Positions 49,537 through 59,121 of a DNA stretch of 64,000 nucleotides are shown piece by piece (position 1 is the stretch's first letter; each line of letters starts with the position of its first letter). The notes under the pieces are model-generated. The model did not search any database, was not told the DNA's origin, and saw nothing but the letters and a program-made list of their open reading frames with translations. This DNA comes from a plasmid: the NCBI RefSeq assembly GCF_054482595.1, contig NZ_JBTHVH010000001.1; one strand, written 5' to 3'. The position numbers and the translations under genes are program-made.

Positions 49537-50730
49537 GTGACCTGGGACGATCACAAGAAGAATTTTGCTCGCCTGGCGCGAGATGGTGGTTACACCATCG
49601 CACAGTATGCCGCCGAGTTTAATCTTAACCCTAATACTGCACGTCGTTATCTCCGTGCCTTCAAAGAAGACACCAGGACAGCGGACAGCCGCAAGCCAAA
49701 TAAGCCAGTCAGGAAGCCACTAAAAAGCATGATCATTGATCACTCTAATGATCAACATGCAGGTGATCACATTGCGGCTGAAATAGCGGAAAAACAAAGG
49801 GTTAATGCCGTTGTCAGTGCCGCAGTCGAGAATGCGAAGCGCCAAAATAAGCGCATAAATGATCGTTCTGATGATCATGACGTGATCACCCGCGCCCACC
49901 GGACCTTACGTGATCGCCTGGAACGCGACACCCTGGATGATGATGGTGAACGCTTTGAATTCGAAGCTGGCGATTACCTGATAGATAACGTTGAAGCGCG
50001 GAAGGCCGCTCGCGCTATGTTGCGTCGGTCCGGGGCCGATGTTCTGGAAACCACTCTTCTGGAAAAGTCTCTTTCTCATCTCCTTATGCTGGAGAACGCC
50101 AGGGATACGTGTATTCGTCTGGTGCAGGAAATGCGCGATCAGCAAAAAGACGATGATGAAGGGACTCCGCCTGAATATCGTATCGCGAGCATGCTAAACA
50201 GCTGTTCCGCGCAGATAAGCAGCCTGATCAACACCATTTACAGCATCCGGAATAACTATCGAAAAGAAAGCCGGGAGGCGGAAAAGCACGCTTTATCTAT
50301 GGGGCAAGCTGGCATTGTTAAGCTGGCATACGAACGAAAGCGTGAAAATAACTGGTCAGTGCTGGAAGCAGCTGAATTCATCGAGGCGCATGGCGGAAAA
50401 GTGCCGCCCCTGATGCTGGAGCAAATCAAAGCCGATCTGCGTGCTCCTAAGACCAATACCGATGATGAGGAAAGGCAAACAGCCGTCGGTGGCCCTTCTC
50501 TTGAAGATCTGGACAAAGTTGCGCGAGAACGGGCCGCCAACCGCCGCGCCGATGCCGCATTGTGGATTGAGCAGCGTAGGGAAGAAATCGCCGATATCGT
50601 TGATACAGGCGGTTATGGAGATGTTGATACTGAAGGTGCATCAAACGACCCATGGCTGGAACAAGACCTGGACGAAGACGAGGAGGAAGACGAAGAAGTT
50701 ACCCGCAAGCTATACGGGGATGATGATTAA
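49537..50730 (+). CDS. pacA: terminase (pacase) small subunit
   Basis: 397 aa, GTG start. Contains the pac site. Confidence 0.9.
   Translation: MTWDDHKKNFARLARDGGYTIAQYAAEFNLNPNTARRYLRAFKEDTRTADSRKPNKPVRKPLKSMIIDHSNDQHAGDHIAAEIAEKQRVNAVVSAAVENAKRQNKRINDRSDDHDVITRAHRTLRDRLERDTLDDDGERFEFEAGDYLIDNVEARKAARAMLRRSGADVLETTLLEKSLSHLLMLENARDTCIRLVQEMRDQQKDDDEGTPPEYRIASMLNSCSAQISSLINTIYSIRNNYRKESREAEKHALSMGQAGIVKLAYERKRENNWSVLEAAEFIEAHGGKVPPLMLEQIKADLRAPKTNTDDEERQTAVGGPSLEDLDKVARERAANRRADAALWIEQRREEIADIVDTGGYGDVDTEGASNDPWLEQDLDEDEEEDEEVTRKLYGDDD
49730..49888. other. pac: pac packaging site: 4 + 3 TGATCA/G hexamers
   Basis: Hexamers at 49730, 49737, 49749, 49764 and at 49860, 49872, 49883. Confidence 0.9.
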
Positions 50731-52214
50731 TGGCCAGAAGTTGCGTAACGGATCCACGTTGGCGCGAGCTGGTGGCGCTATATCGTTATGACTGGATTGC
50801 TGCCGCTGATGTTTTGTTCGGCAAAACACCTACCTGGCAGCAGGATCTGATTATTGAGTCTGTGCAGGAACAGGGTAGCAAGACATCTGTTTCGTCTGGT
50901 CACGGTACCGGGAAATCAGACATGACTTCTATCATGATCATGTTGTTCATAATCATGTATCCCGGTGCCCGCGCCATTATCGTTGCGAACAAAATTCAGC
51001 AGGTAATGACCGGTATATTCAAGTACATCAAGATAAACTGGGCTACTGCCACCAGCCGTTTTCCATGGCTTGCTGATTATTTTGTTCTGACAGAAACCGC
51101 TTTCTATGAGGTTACTGGTAAAGGTGTATGGACTGTAGTACCGAAGGGCTTTCGTCTGGGAAGTGAAGAAGCTCTCGCCGGTGAACACGCAGATCATCTT
51201 CTGTATATTATCGATGAAGCCTCCGGTGTCAGTGATAGAGCTTTCGGTATCATCACCGGTGCTCTTACCGGACAGGATAACCGCATCTTATTACTGTCAC
51301 AGCCTACACGCCCAAGCGGCTATTTCTACGATACTCATCATAAACTGGCCAAGCGTCCTGGTAACCCTGATGGCGTTTATACGGCGATCACGCTTAACAG
51401 TGAGGAATCACCGCTGGTAACGCCAGCATTTATCAAAATGAAGCTGGCGGAGTACGGCGGGCGCGATAACCCTATGTACATGATTAAGGTACGCGGCCTA
51501 TTCCCTAAATCACAGGATGGCTTCCTTCTTGGACGTGATGAGGTTGAACGTGCAACGCGGCGGAAAGTCAAGATTGCCAAAGGATGGGGCTGGCTTGCAT
51601 GTGTGGACGTTGCTGGTGGTACGGGAAGGGATAAGTCCGTTATCAATATCATGATGGTGTCCGGCCAGAGAAATAAACGCCGTGTAATCAACTATCGAAT
51701 GCTGGAATACACAGACGTTACAGAAACGCAGCTTGCCGCCAAAATTTTCGCAGAATGTAATCCTGAGCGATTCCCAAATATCACCATAGCGATAGACGGC
51801 GATGGGCTGGGTAAAGCAACAGCGGATCTGATGTACGAGTATTATGGTATTACCGTACAGCGTATACGCTGGGGTAAAAAGATGCATAGCCGTGAAGATA
51901 AGAGCCTGTACTTTGATAAACGTGCTTATGCCAACGTTCAAGCCGCAGAGGCCGTAAAATCTGGTCGTATGAGACTGGATAAGGGTAATGAAACTATTGA
52001 GGAAGCGTCGAAAATCCCTGTAGGGATTAACTCCGCAGGTCAATGGAAGGTGATGAGTAAGGAGGATATGAAGAAAAAACTCAACCTGCACTCACCAGAC
52101 CATTGGGATACATATTGTTTCGCTATGCTGGCGGATTATGTTCCCCAGGACGAAGTGCTTAGCGTCGAAGACGAAGCGCAGGTTGATGAAGCTCTGGCAT
52201 GGCTTAATGAATGA
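50730..52214 (+). CDS. pacB: terminase (pacase) large subunit
   Basis: 494 aa, ATG overlapping the pacA stop. Confidence 0.9.
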   Translation: MARSCVTDPRWRELVALYRYDWIAAADVLFGKTPTWQQDLIIESVQEQGSKTSVSSGHGTGKSDMTSIMIMLFIIMYPGARAIIVANKIQQVMTGIFKYIKINWATATSRFPWLADYFVLTETAFYEVTGKGVWTVVPKGFRLGSEEALAGEHADHLLYIIDEASGVSDRAFGIITGALTGQDNRILLLSQPTRPSGYFYDTHHKLAKRPGNPDGVYTAITLNSEESPLVTPAFIKMKLAEYGGRDNPMYMIKVRGLFPKSQDGFLLGRDEVERATRRKVKIAKGWGWLACVDVAGGTGRDKSVINIMMVSGQRNKRRVINYRMLEYTDVTETQLAAKIFAECNPERFPNITIAIDGDGLGKATADLMYEYYGITVQRIRWGKKMHSREDKSLYFDKRAYANVQAAEAVKSGRMRLDKGNETIEEASKIPVGINSAGQWKVMSKEDMKKKLNLHSPDHWDTYCFAMLADYVPQDEVLSVEDEAQVDEALAWLNE

Positions 52215-52217
52215 ACA

Positions 52218-52234
52218 TTTGCTCTAATAAATTG
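52218..52234 (+). promoter_or_regulatory. C1 operator in front of immI-like module 2
   Basis: TTTGCTCTAATAAATTG, 15/17, 4 nt after the pacB stop. Confidence 0.75.
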
Positions 52235-52417
52235 TGTTTTTTAACTACCGATGTTACATTGAACCTGACCTCTTGCGCCTTGAGGCATTTTCGGTTTATG
52301 CTTATCAGGCACCTCAGTAAAACGGGTGCCGGGATTGGCCTCCCGCTTAAGTCTAAGGCGATACAGACGCCGCTCGCGTCTTTTTTTTGTATCGGCGTAC
52401 ACGCACACCTCTACAAT

Positions 52418-52493
52418 GGTGGGCTGTATGGGGCTACCTTCGGGTAGGCTGGTTACCTTGGACGCCAGTAAGGCCAACTCCGTACAGTCCACC
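52418..52493 (+). ncRNA. c4-like antisense RNA, module 2 (76 nt, different recognition boxes)
   Basis: Same architecture as c4 (GGTGG...CCACC ends, CTTCGG hairpin). a' CCTTGGAC (52456) pairs with GTCTAAGG at 52351 and 52535. b' AGGCCAA (52471) pairs with TTGGCCT (52335) and TTGGTCT (52504). Confidence 0.65.
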
Positions 52494-52553
52494 GCCAGCA
52501 AGATTGGTCTCTTCTGCGGTGGTTACATACCAACGTCTAAGGAGGCTGCCAAT

Positions 52554-52775
52554 ATGGCTACTATCCCTACCCCAACTCATCCTGAATTTATCTGGCGCTT
52601 TTACTCCTGCCAAAAACGTCACTATCACTTCGTTATTGCACCGACAGAAGATGAGGCACGTTCTCAGCTTCCTGACGCCCCATGTATTTTCTCTGCCCGT
52701 TTTTCCACTGATTCACGCAATTCTCTCAGTTACTGGTGCCTCCCTGTTAACGCTTCTGCTCAGGAGGGACTATGA
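52554..52775 (+). CDS. Icd-like leader protein, module 2
   Basis: ATG 52554, 9 nt after AAGGAGG, which overlaps the a2 target. 73 aa, homologous to Icd from residue ~10. Confidence 0.75.
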   Translation: MATIPTPTHPEFIWRFYSCQKRHYHFVIAPTEDEARSQLPDAPCIFSARFSTDSRNSLSYWCLPVNASAQEGL

Positions 52776-53890
52776 GAACATCGTTAGTTACCCGTGAAGA
52801 GATGATCGAGGCAATTGAACAGCACACTGCCTGTATCAGTACCAGGGATATACCAGGCGTTATTGCCAACTACTTCATGATCACCAAACAACTTTACCGG
52901 AGAAAGGACAAGAACGCGGTTCACCGTATCCTGTTGTCTGATATCCGCGAATACCTGCTCGAACAGGGTCATCTGAATTACGCAACCGTCGCAGCCGAAT
53001 CACGCAAGGAGGCACACAGAATGAAAGCAACTAACGTTAAATCAGAAAAAATTCATGCACCTTCAGTTCAGGAATCGGAGCTGGTGGTTGTTCAGAATCA
53101 GTCTGATGAAATTCCCGTTCTGGAATGGCAGGGAGTGCGTGTAGTGACAACCGAGACTCTTGCTAGAGGGTATGGGACAGAAACAATCCGTATTCGCCAA
53201 AATCATCATGAGAACAAAGTACGCTTTGTTGAAGGGAAGCACTTTTTCAAAGTTGAAGGAGAATCATTGCGCGAGTTGAAGCACAGAGTAGCTTTAAACT
53301 ACTCTGTAAAAATTGCTCGCAATGTTCGCTCACTCACCCTCTGGACAGAACGCGGCGCAGCCCGCCACGCTAAAATGCTCGAAACCGATCAGGCATGGGC
53401 ATTCTTTGAAAAACTGGAAGACAGCTACTTCCGACAAAAAGAACAGCAACCGATCGCAATCCCCCAAACATTACCAGAAGCCCTACGCCTGGCTGCCGAA
53501 CTGGCTGAACAAAAGCAGCTTCTGGAACAGAAAGCCCACCAGCTAAATCAGCAGCTGGTGGCCGCCGCTCCTAAGGTCGATTTTGCCGACCGGGTATCAG
53601 TAGCTAAAGGGATCCTGATTGGGAATTTTGCAAAGGTTGTTGGACTTAAGCAAAACGCGCTGTTTGTCTGGTTACGGGAGAACGGCATCCTGATAGCGTC
53701 CGGTGGACGTAAAAATGTGCCGTTCCAGCAGTACATCAACGCGGGGTATTTCACGGTGAAAGAAGTGGTGCTGGATGATGAAGATGGCTACCAGATACGG
53801 TTGACGCCTCAATTAACGGGTAAAGGCCAGCAGTGGTTGACGCGTAAACTGCTCGATGCTGGCTTGTTAAAACCGGTGGCGGCTGAATAA
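52772..53890 (+). CDS. antirepressor Ant-like, module 2 (ORF6N/KilA-N-type central domain)
   Basis: 372 aa. N-terminal 85 aa and C-terminal KilAC region match module 3. The centre differs (VLEWQGVRVVTTETLARGYG...). Confidence 0.8.
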   Translation: MRTSLVTREEMIEAIEQHTACISTRDIPGVIANYFMITKQLYRRKDKNAVHRILLSDIREYLLEQGHLNYATVAAESRKEAHRMKATNVKSEKIHAPSVQESELVVVQNQSDEIPVLEWQGVRVVTTETLARGYGTETIRIRQNHHENKVRFVEGKHFFKVEGESLRELKHRVALNYSVKIARNVRSLTLWTERGAARHAKMLETDQAWAFFEKLEDSYFRQKEQQPIAIPQTLPEALRLAAELAEQKQLLEQKAHQLNQQLVAAAPKVDFADRVSVAKGILIGNFAKVVGLKQNALFVWLRENGILIASGGRKNVPFQQYINAGYFTVKEVVLDDEDGYQIRLTPQLTGKGQQWLTRKLLDAGLLKPVAAE

Positions 53891-53897
53891 TGGAAGA

Positions 53898-53926
53898 ATG
53901 CCCGGTTGATGCCGGGCATAATTTAT
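53898..53926. terminator. hairpin between convergent ant-like and c1 genes
   Basis: ATGCCCGG-TTGATG-CCGGGCAT. Confidence 0.6.
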
Positions 53927-54774
53927 TGCGCGCTTTCGGGGTTGTCGTTTACTGGCTGCCCCTTCTTGGTTTTACGGCTGCGCGTAACTGATGCGGCTGA
54001 CTTAACCTTTTTCTCTTCGCGAGTGATGGCAATTTGTTTTTTTACATTTTCAATATCTGCCAGGCGATATATTTTTGCTTGCGGCCAGCGGTCGCAGATG
54101 ATCGGTTCTATGGAGTCATAAAGGCTAAATTTTGCTTTTTCGAATTCACCGTTGATGATAATTCCATCACGGAGAGTTTCATCGCAGATAAACACGCCAC
54201 ACAGTGGCACATGGTAACTAACTGATTTACCATCATTGTAGTTAGGGCTACTGGAAATGTAGTGGACGCGCAGCATTGTTTCGCTAAAGCCGTGTACGCG
54301 CATACGGAATTTTTCATCCTCCGGGTACTGCCTCATTAGCTCTTTTGTTGCTTCCAGGTTCTCTATGTATTTCGCACTGTGCTCATTGATCCCCGCGCTT
54401 TTTTGGATGCGAATGTCCTTATCAATCAGATGAATAATGCGGCCAGCGGTCATGTTGACGCTGTTCACAGCTTCTGTCTGATAAGTTGTAACCTTGCGCA
54501 CACCGCGAAGGATGTTAGGCACTGGATATAAAATAGTCTTTGGGATATTGAGGTCTGGGTACTGTTCCAGTTCCCGCGCCATTAAAGTCCATTTATCAAT
54601 TTCAGCCTGAATGCTGTCTGTTTCTTTGAACGGTAGAACGACAACCGGGCGTACAGGACGACCGTCGCTGGCGGCATCAACGTGTTGGGCGCGTGCAACA
54701 GCTTTTTTTAGAAAGAGATCCCTGAAGCTGACGAACTCCTGGTACAGTTGTTCGCCGTAGACATAATTTATCAT
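53923..54774 (-). CDS. c1: C1 master repressor
   Basis: 283 aa. MINYVYGEQLYQEFVSFRDLFLKK... as I recall for P1 C1. Confidence 0.9.
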   Translation of the reverse strand: MINYVYGEQLYQEFVSFRDLFLKKAVARAQHVDAASDGRPVRPVVVLPFKETDSIQAEIDKWTLMARELEQYPDLNIPKTILYPVPNILRGVRKVTTYQTEAVNSVNMTAGRIIHLIDKDIRIQKSAGINEHSAKYIENLEATKELMRQYPEDEKFRMRVHGFSETMLRVHYISSSPNYNDGKSVSYHVPLCGVFICDETLRDGIIINGEFEKAKFSLYDSIEPIICDRWPQAKIYRLADIENVKKQIAITREEKKVKSAASVTRSRKTKKGQPVNDNPESAQ

Positions 54775-54868
54775 TGATCCTCCTCCAGAATTGACATGGT
54801 CAATAACGCCCGGCTGAGAAAACCGGTCATTACTGACCTATATTATAGAGGGATCAAACAAAAATAAT

Positions 54869-54885
54869 AGATTTATTAGTGCATT
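54869..54885 (-). promoter_or_regulatory. C1 operator (Op99a-like) upstream of c1
   Basis: Reverse strand AATGCACTAATAAATCT, 14/17. Confidence 0.65.
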
Positions 54886-55094
54886 TATTGTGAGTCTAAC
54901 TGGTTAGTTGTCATGAGATATTCGATTGTGTCAGTGAGGTCATCCAGGTCGTCTTGGGTGATGCGGTACTCCTGATTGGATATCTTTGAGTAGTGTTCAG
55001 CAATGGCGCGGGCAGCGTCGGTTTCGGCAGGGTCTACAGATAAAGCGTTAGAGCAATGTCTAACGTCGTCGATGGTTGGTTGAATGAAAGCCAT
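54885..55094 (-). CDS. coi: C1 inactivator
   Basis: 69 aa. P1 synteny. Confidence 0.8.
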   Translation of the reverse strand: MAFIQPTIDDVRHCSNALSVDPAETDAARAIAEHYSKISNQEYRITQDDLDDLTDTIEYLMTTNQLDSQ

Positions 55095-55331
55095 AATTAT
55101 GCCTCACTGTATTGACAACACAGAGCCCGAAGCTCTGACCTACTGTTTCACCCATGATCCATGCTGGGGTAATCTAACAACATTGCGCTGTGTGTAAGAT
55201 GAGCAATGCATAGCTGTAATGCCGTTGTATAAGGTTTCCCTGTTTGCTCATTTCCTTCTGAGCCGCTCTACAACGCTGAAGACACATTAAATAGTGAATC
55301 CAAAGTCGTATTACGTAACGGCGGCAAAACT

Positions 55332-55348
55332 ATAATTTATTAGAGCAA
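55332..55348 (-). promoter_or_regulatory. C1 operator (Op99 cluster)
   Basis: Reverse strand ATTGCTCTAATAAATTA, 16/17. Confidence 0.8.
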
Positions 55349-55415
55349 TTGTCAAACAACTATGAAAAACAATCCAGTTTTTAGCTGGTGGAGTGGGATT
55401 TTTCTCTCAAAATTT

Positions 55416-55432
55416 ATTGCTCTAATAATTCT
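55416..55432 (+). promoter_or_regulatory. C1 operator (Op99 cluster)
   Basis: ATTGCTCTAATAATTCT, 15/17. Confidence 0.7.
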
Positions 55433-55475
55433 TGATTTTTATGCGCAGCTGGACGTAAACTCCTCTTCGGATCTA

Positions 55476-55509
55476 ATAACTTCGTATAGCATACATTATA
55501 CGAAGTTAT
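55476..55509 (+). other. loxP: loxP recombination site
   Basis: Exact ATAACTTCGTATA-GCATACAT-TATACGAAGTTAT. Confidence 0.98.
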
Positions 55510-55698
55510 ATTAAGGGTTATTGAATATGATCAATTTACCTGTAAATCCATACAGTTCAATACTGTAGCAGGTCAAATAGTGACCACTTGATCATTTGAT
55601 CAAGGTTGCGCTACGTAAAATCTGTGAAAAATTGGCGGTGTTAGTCCTACAGATTTCGCGTAGCGCACTTAGCACCACCAATCAATCAGAGGTGAAAA

Positions 55699-55920
55699 AT
55701 GGGATATTCAACTGCTAAAGTGTCCACTCATCTTGAGCTTGAGAAAAACCGTGGTTACTGGCGGGCAAAAGGGTTTGATCGTGATAGTTGCCAACTGTCA
55801 TTATCGCGCGGTGAAGAGAAAATAGAACGCACGCGCGGTCGCTGGCGTTTCTATGACGAGAACCATAAACAGGTAAAGGCAGAGCCGATCCTGTACACTT
55901 TACTTAAAACCATTATCTGA
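55699..55920 (+). CDS. cra: small protein upstream of cre
   Basis: 73-aa ORF. P1 synteny. Confidence 0.7.
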   Translation: MGYSTAKVSTHLELEKNRGYWRAKGFDRDSCQLSLSRGEEKIERTRGRWRFYDENHKQVKAEPILYTLLKTII

Positions 55921-55927
55921 GTGTTAA

Positions 55928-56959
55928 ATGTCCAATTTACTGACCGTACACCAAAATTTGCCTGCATTACCGGTCGATGCAACGAGTGATGAGGTTCGCA
56001 AGAACCTGATGGACATGTTCAGGGATCGCCAGGCGTTTTCTGAGCATACCTGGAAAATGCTTCTGTCCGTTTGCCGGTCGTGGGCGGCATGGTGCAAGTT
56101 GAATAACCGGAAATGGTTTCCCGCAGAACCTGAAGATGTTCGCGATTATCTTCTATATCTTCAGGCGCGCGGTCTGGCAGTAAAAACTATCCAGCAACAT
56201 TTGGGCCAGCTAAACATGCTTCATCGTCGGTCCGGGCTGCCACGACCAAGTGACAGCAATGCTGTTTCACTGGTTATGCGGCGGATCCGAAAAGAAAACG
56301 TTGATGCCGGTGAACGTGCAAAACAGGCTCTAGCGTTCGAACGCACTGATTTCGACCAGGTTCGTTCACTCATGGAAAATAGCGATCGCTGCCAGGATAT
56401 ACGTAATCTGGCATTTCTGGGGATTGCTTATAACACCCTGTTACGTATAGCCGAAATTGCCAGGATCAGGGTTAAAGATATCTCACGTACTGACGGTGGG
56501 AGAATGTTAATCCATATTGGCAGAACGAAAACGCTGGTTAGCACCGCAGGTGTAGAGAAGGCACTTAGCCTGGGGGTAACTAAACTAGTCGAGCGATGGA
56601 TTTCTGTCTCTGGTGTGGCTGATGATCCGAATAACTACTTGTTTTGCCGTGTCAGAAAAAATGGCGTAGCTGCGCCATCTGCCACCAGCCAGCTATCAAC
56701 TCGCGCCCTGGAAGGGATTTTTGAAGCAACTCATCGATTGATTTACGGCGCTAAGGATGACTCTGGTCAGAGATACCTGGCCTGGTCTGGACACAGTGCC
56801 CGTGTCGGAGCCGCGCGAGATATGGCCCGCGCCGGAGTTTCAATACCGGAGATCATGCAAGCTGGTGGCTGGACCAACGTAAATATTGTCATGAACTATA
56901 TCCGTAACCTGGATAGTGAAACAGGGGCAATGGTGCGCCTGCTGGAAGATGGCGATTAG
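55928..56959 (+). CDS. cre: Cre tyrosine recombinase
   Basis: 343 aa. MSNLLTVHQNLPALPVDATSDEVRKNLMDMFRDRQAFSEHTWKMLLSVCRSWAAWCKLNN... Confidence 0.98.
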   Translation: MSNLLTVHQNLPALPVDATSDEVRKNLMDMFRDRQAFSEHTWKMLLSVCRSWAAWCKLNNRKWFPAEPEDVRDYLLYLQARGLAVKTIQQHLGQLNMLHRRSGLPRPSDSNAVSLVMRRIRKENVDAGERAKQALAFERTDFDQVRSLMENSDRCQDIRNLAFLGIAYNTLLRIAEIARIRVKDISRTDGGRMLIHIGRTKTLVSTAGVEKALSLGVTKLVERWISVSGVADDPNNYLFCRVRKNGVAAPSATSQLSTRALEGIFEATHRLIYGAKDDSGQRYLAWSGHSARVGAARDMARAGVSIPEIMQAGGWTNVNIVMNYIRNLDSETGAMVRLLEDGD

Positions 56960-56976
56960 CCATTAACGCGTAAATG

Positions 56977-56993
56977 ATTGCTCTAATTCTTTG
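56977..56993 (+). promoter_or_regulatory. weak C1 operator-like site (Op2 position)
   Basis: ATTGCTCTAATTCTTTG, 13/17. Confidence 0.45.
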
Positions 56994-57009
56994 ATATTTA
57001 TGGCGACAT

Positions 57010-57321
57010 ATGAGAAAGAATTTCAACATCGACGGAAAATATGTAGTGCTGTCAGTGAGCACTAATATTCAGTCGCCAGCCGTCATTGTCACTGTAAAGC
57101 TGAGCGATAGAATGCCTGATATTGACTCAATATCCGTTGCGTTCCCTGTCAGAAGTATGCGTAGTGCTGAACATTTCGTGATGAATGCCACCGAGGAAGA
57201 AGCACGGCGCGGTTTTGCTAAAGTGATGTCTGAGTTTGGCGAATTTTTGGGGCACGTTGACAAAGCCCTCTCAATCAGTTCAGCAAGATCCAAAGCATTA
57301 ACAGCTTCCATGATGAAATAA
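57010..57321 (+). CDS. hypothetical protein downstream of cre (c8 position)
   Basis: 103-aa ORF. Identity with P1 c8 not verified. Confidence 0.5.
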   Translation: MRKNFNIDGKYVVLSVSTNIQSPAVIVTVKLSDRMPDIDSISVAFPVRSMRSAEHFVMNATEEEARRGFAKVMSEFGEFLGHVDKALSISSARSKALTASMMK

Positions 57322-57326
57322 AAAAA

Positions 57327-57345
57327 GCCTGGCAAGGAGCCAGGC
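57327..57345 (-). terminator. minus-strand terminator (end of the module-3 transcript)
   Basis: GCCTGGC-AAGGA-GCCAGGC, with T7 on the minus strand. Confidence 0.65.
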
Positions 57346-57523
57346 TGCACAAAAGAGCGGGTTTGTATTCCGCATCCAATCAATCAAGAAGGAGTATAGC
57401 ACACAGGTACTGACGTGAAAAAATATGATTCGCGATAAACAAAATACCTATCATTGCTCTAATTGAGCCGCAGTTTTTGTCAACTACGAAGACGTGGCCA
57501 TTACCTACTCCTTTGAAATCATT

Positions 57524-57547
57524 GGCGACCATTAGGCCGCCTTTTTT
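57524..57547 (+). terminator. plus-strand terminator
   Basis: GGCGACC-ATTA-GGCCGCC (one mismatch) plus T6. Confidence 0.5.
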
Positions 57548-57549
57548 AA

Positions 57550-58602
57550 TCATTCAGCCGCCACCGGTTTTAACAAGCCAGCATCAAGTAGCTTGCGAGT
57601 CAACCACTGCTGGCCTTTACCCGTTAATTGGGGCGTCAGCCGTATCTGGTAGCCATTTTCATCATCCAGCACCACTTCTTTCACCGTGAAATACCCGGCG
57701 TTGATGTACTGTTGGCGCGGTACGTTTTTGCGCGCACCAAAAGCCATGAGAATGCCGTTCTGGCGCAACCATGAGAAAAGGGCGTTTTGCTTCAGTCCAA
57801 CGACCTTTGCAAAGTTCCCGATCAGGATTCCATTAGCCACTGATACCCGAACGGCAAAATCGACTTTAGGGGCTGCGGCCACCAGCTGCTGATTTAGCTG
57901 GTGGGCTTTCTGTTCCAGAAGTTGCTTTTGTTCAGCCAGCTCGGCAGCCAGGCGCAGAGCTTCGGGGAGTGTTTGGGGGAGCACTGGAGAAGCAGTGTTA
58001 GCCTGCTGCAATTCCTCCAGTTTGTCGATCAGCGAACGGCGGACCGCTTTTGACTCGCGCGCGGCAACTCGCAGGGCTTGTTTGTAGGTCATGGAGATAG
58101 TTTCAGATGTTGTGTTGTTTAATTTTTGCACTACGAAAATTTCGTAGTACTCACCATCCAGTTCATCCTTAACTCTGGCAATAAAATCATTATTGCGAAC
58201 TGGTTTTTCGCTGCATAATTTCCGCGCTTCATTGACCATCTTCAACAATGTTTGGCTGTCTATTGTGTCGCCGCTGTTGGGGATAACATTCACGGCTGGT
58301 GCAGTTGTTCCCAAAGACTTCGTAACTACAGCGTCTGGTTTGCTTGCTTTCATTCTGTGTGCCTCCTTGCGTGTTTCGGCTGCGACGGTTGCGTAATTCA
58401 GATGCCCCTGTTCGAGCAGGTATTCACGGATATCGGTTAGCAGAATGCGGTGAACCGCGTGTTTGTCCTTTCTCCGGTAAAGTTGTTTGGTGATCATGAA
58501 GTAGTTGGCAATAACGCCTGGTATATCCCTGGTACTGATACAGGCAGTGTGCTGTTCAATTGCCTCGATCATCTCTTCACGGGTGACTAATGACGTTCTC
58601 AT
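57550..58602 (-). CDS. antirepressor Ant-like, module 3
   Basis: 350 aa. Centre and C-terminus resemble module 1; the N-terminus resembles module 2. Confidence 0.8.
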   Translation of the reverse strand: MRTSLVTREEMIEAIEQHTACISTRDIPGVIANYFMITKQLYRRKDKHAVHRILLTDIREYLLEQGHLNYATVAAETRKEAHRMKASKPDAVVTKSLGTTAPAVNVIPNSGDTIDSQTLLKMVNEARKLCSEKPVRNNDFIARVKDELDGEYYEIFVVQKLNNTTSETISMTYKQALRVAARESKAVRRSLIDKLEELQQANTASPVLPQTLPEALRLAAELAEQKQLLEQKAHQLNQQLVAAAPKVDFAVRVSVANGILIGNFAKVVGLKQNALFSWLRQNGILMAFGARKNVPRQQYINAGYFTVKEVVLDDENGYQIRLTPQLTGKGQQWLTRKLLDAGLLKPVAAE

Positions 58603-58820
58603 AGTCCCTCCTGAGCAGAAGCGTTAACAGGGAGGCACCAGTAACTGAGAGAATTGCGCAAATCGGTAGAAAAGCGGGCAGAGAAAATACAGGGAGCATC
58701 CGGAAGCTGAGAACGTGCCTCATCTTCTGTTGGTGCGATAACGAAGTGATAGTGACGTTTCTGGCAGGAGTAAAAGCGCCAGATAAATTCAGGGCGTGCG
58801 CAAGGATTGGCATTAACCAT
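58599..58820 (-). CDS. Icd-like leader protein, module 3
   Basis: 73 aa. MVNANPCARPEFIWRFYSC... Confidence 0.8.
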   Translation of the reverse strand: MVNANPCARPEFIWRFYSCQKRHYHFVIAPTEDEARSQLPDAPCIFSARFSTDLRNSLSYWCLPVNASAQEGL

Positions 58821-58870
58821 AGTTACGGCCTCATGTACAGGTTTAACAACCTGCTATCCGCTGCTAAACG

Positions 58871-58947
58871 GGTGGCAGGACGTGACGGGGTTAGCAGACT
58901 GGCGTACATGAAACCAGCAGGCCGAAGCCTCCCCATCACGCCCCACC
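58871..58947 (-). ncRNA. c4-like antisense RNA, module 3 (77 nt; a' box CATGTA instead of CACAAT)
   Basis: Near-identical to c4 of module 1 except the a' hexamer. Both targets are changed to TACATG (forward-strand coordinates 59016-59021 and 58832-58837). Confidence 0.75.
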
Positions 58948-59121
58948 ATAATTCGGGCGTAACGTGGTTTTACGGACACAAAAATACCGCAATATCGGAT
59001 ATCTGCGGTTGTCCGCATGTACATTCAGGCTGCTAAACCCGGTCGCAGAATTTGCTACGACGGCGGAACTATAAGCCTGAATGACAGGAAGATCAATAGT
59101 CTGGCGTTCAATGGTAGTATT

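Noticed and set aside
51510-52091. 193-aa minus-strand ORF
   Set aside because: It is antisense within pacB.
52326-52775. 149-aa extended version of the icd-like ORF
   Set aside because: The upstream 76 codons cover the c4-like RNA and its targets. An ATG at 52554 with a consensus AAGGAGG gives the 73-aa Icd-sized product seen in the other two modules.
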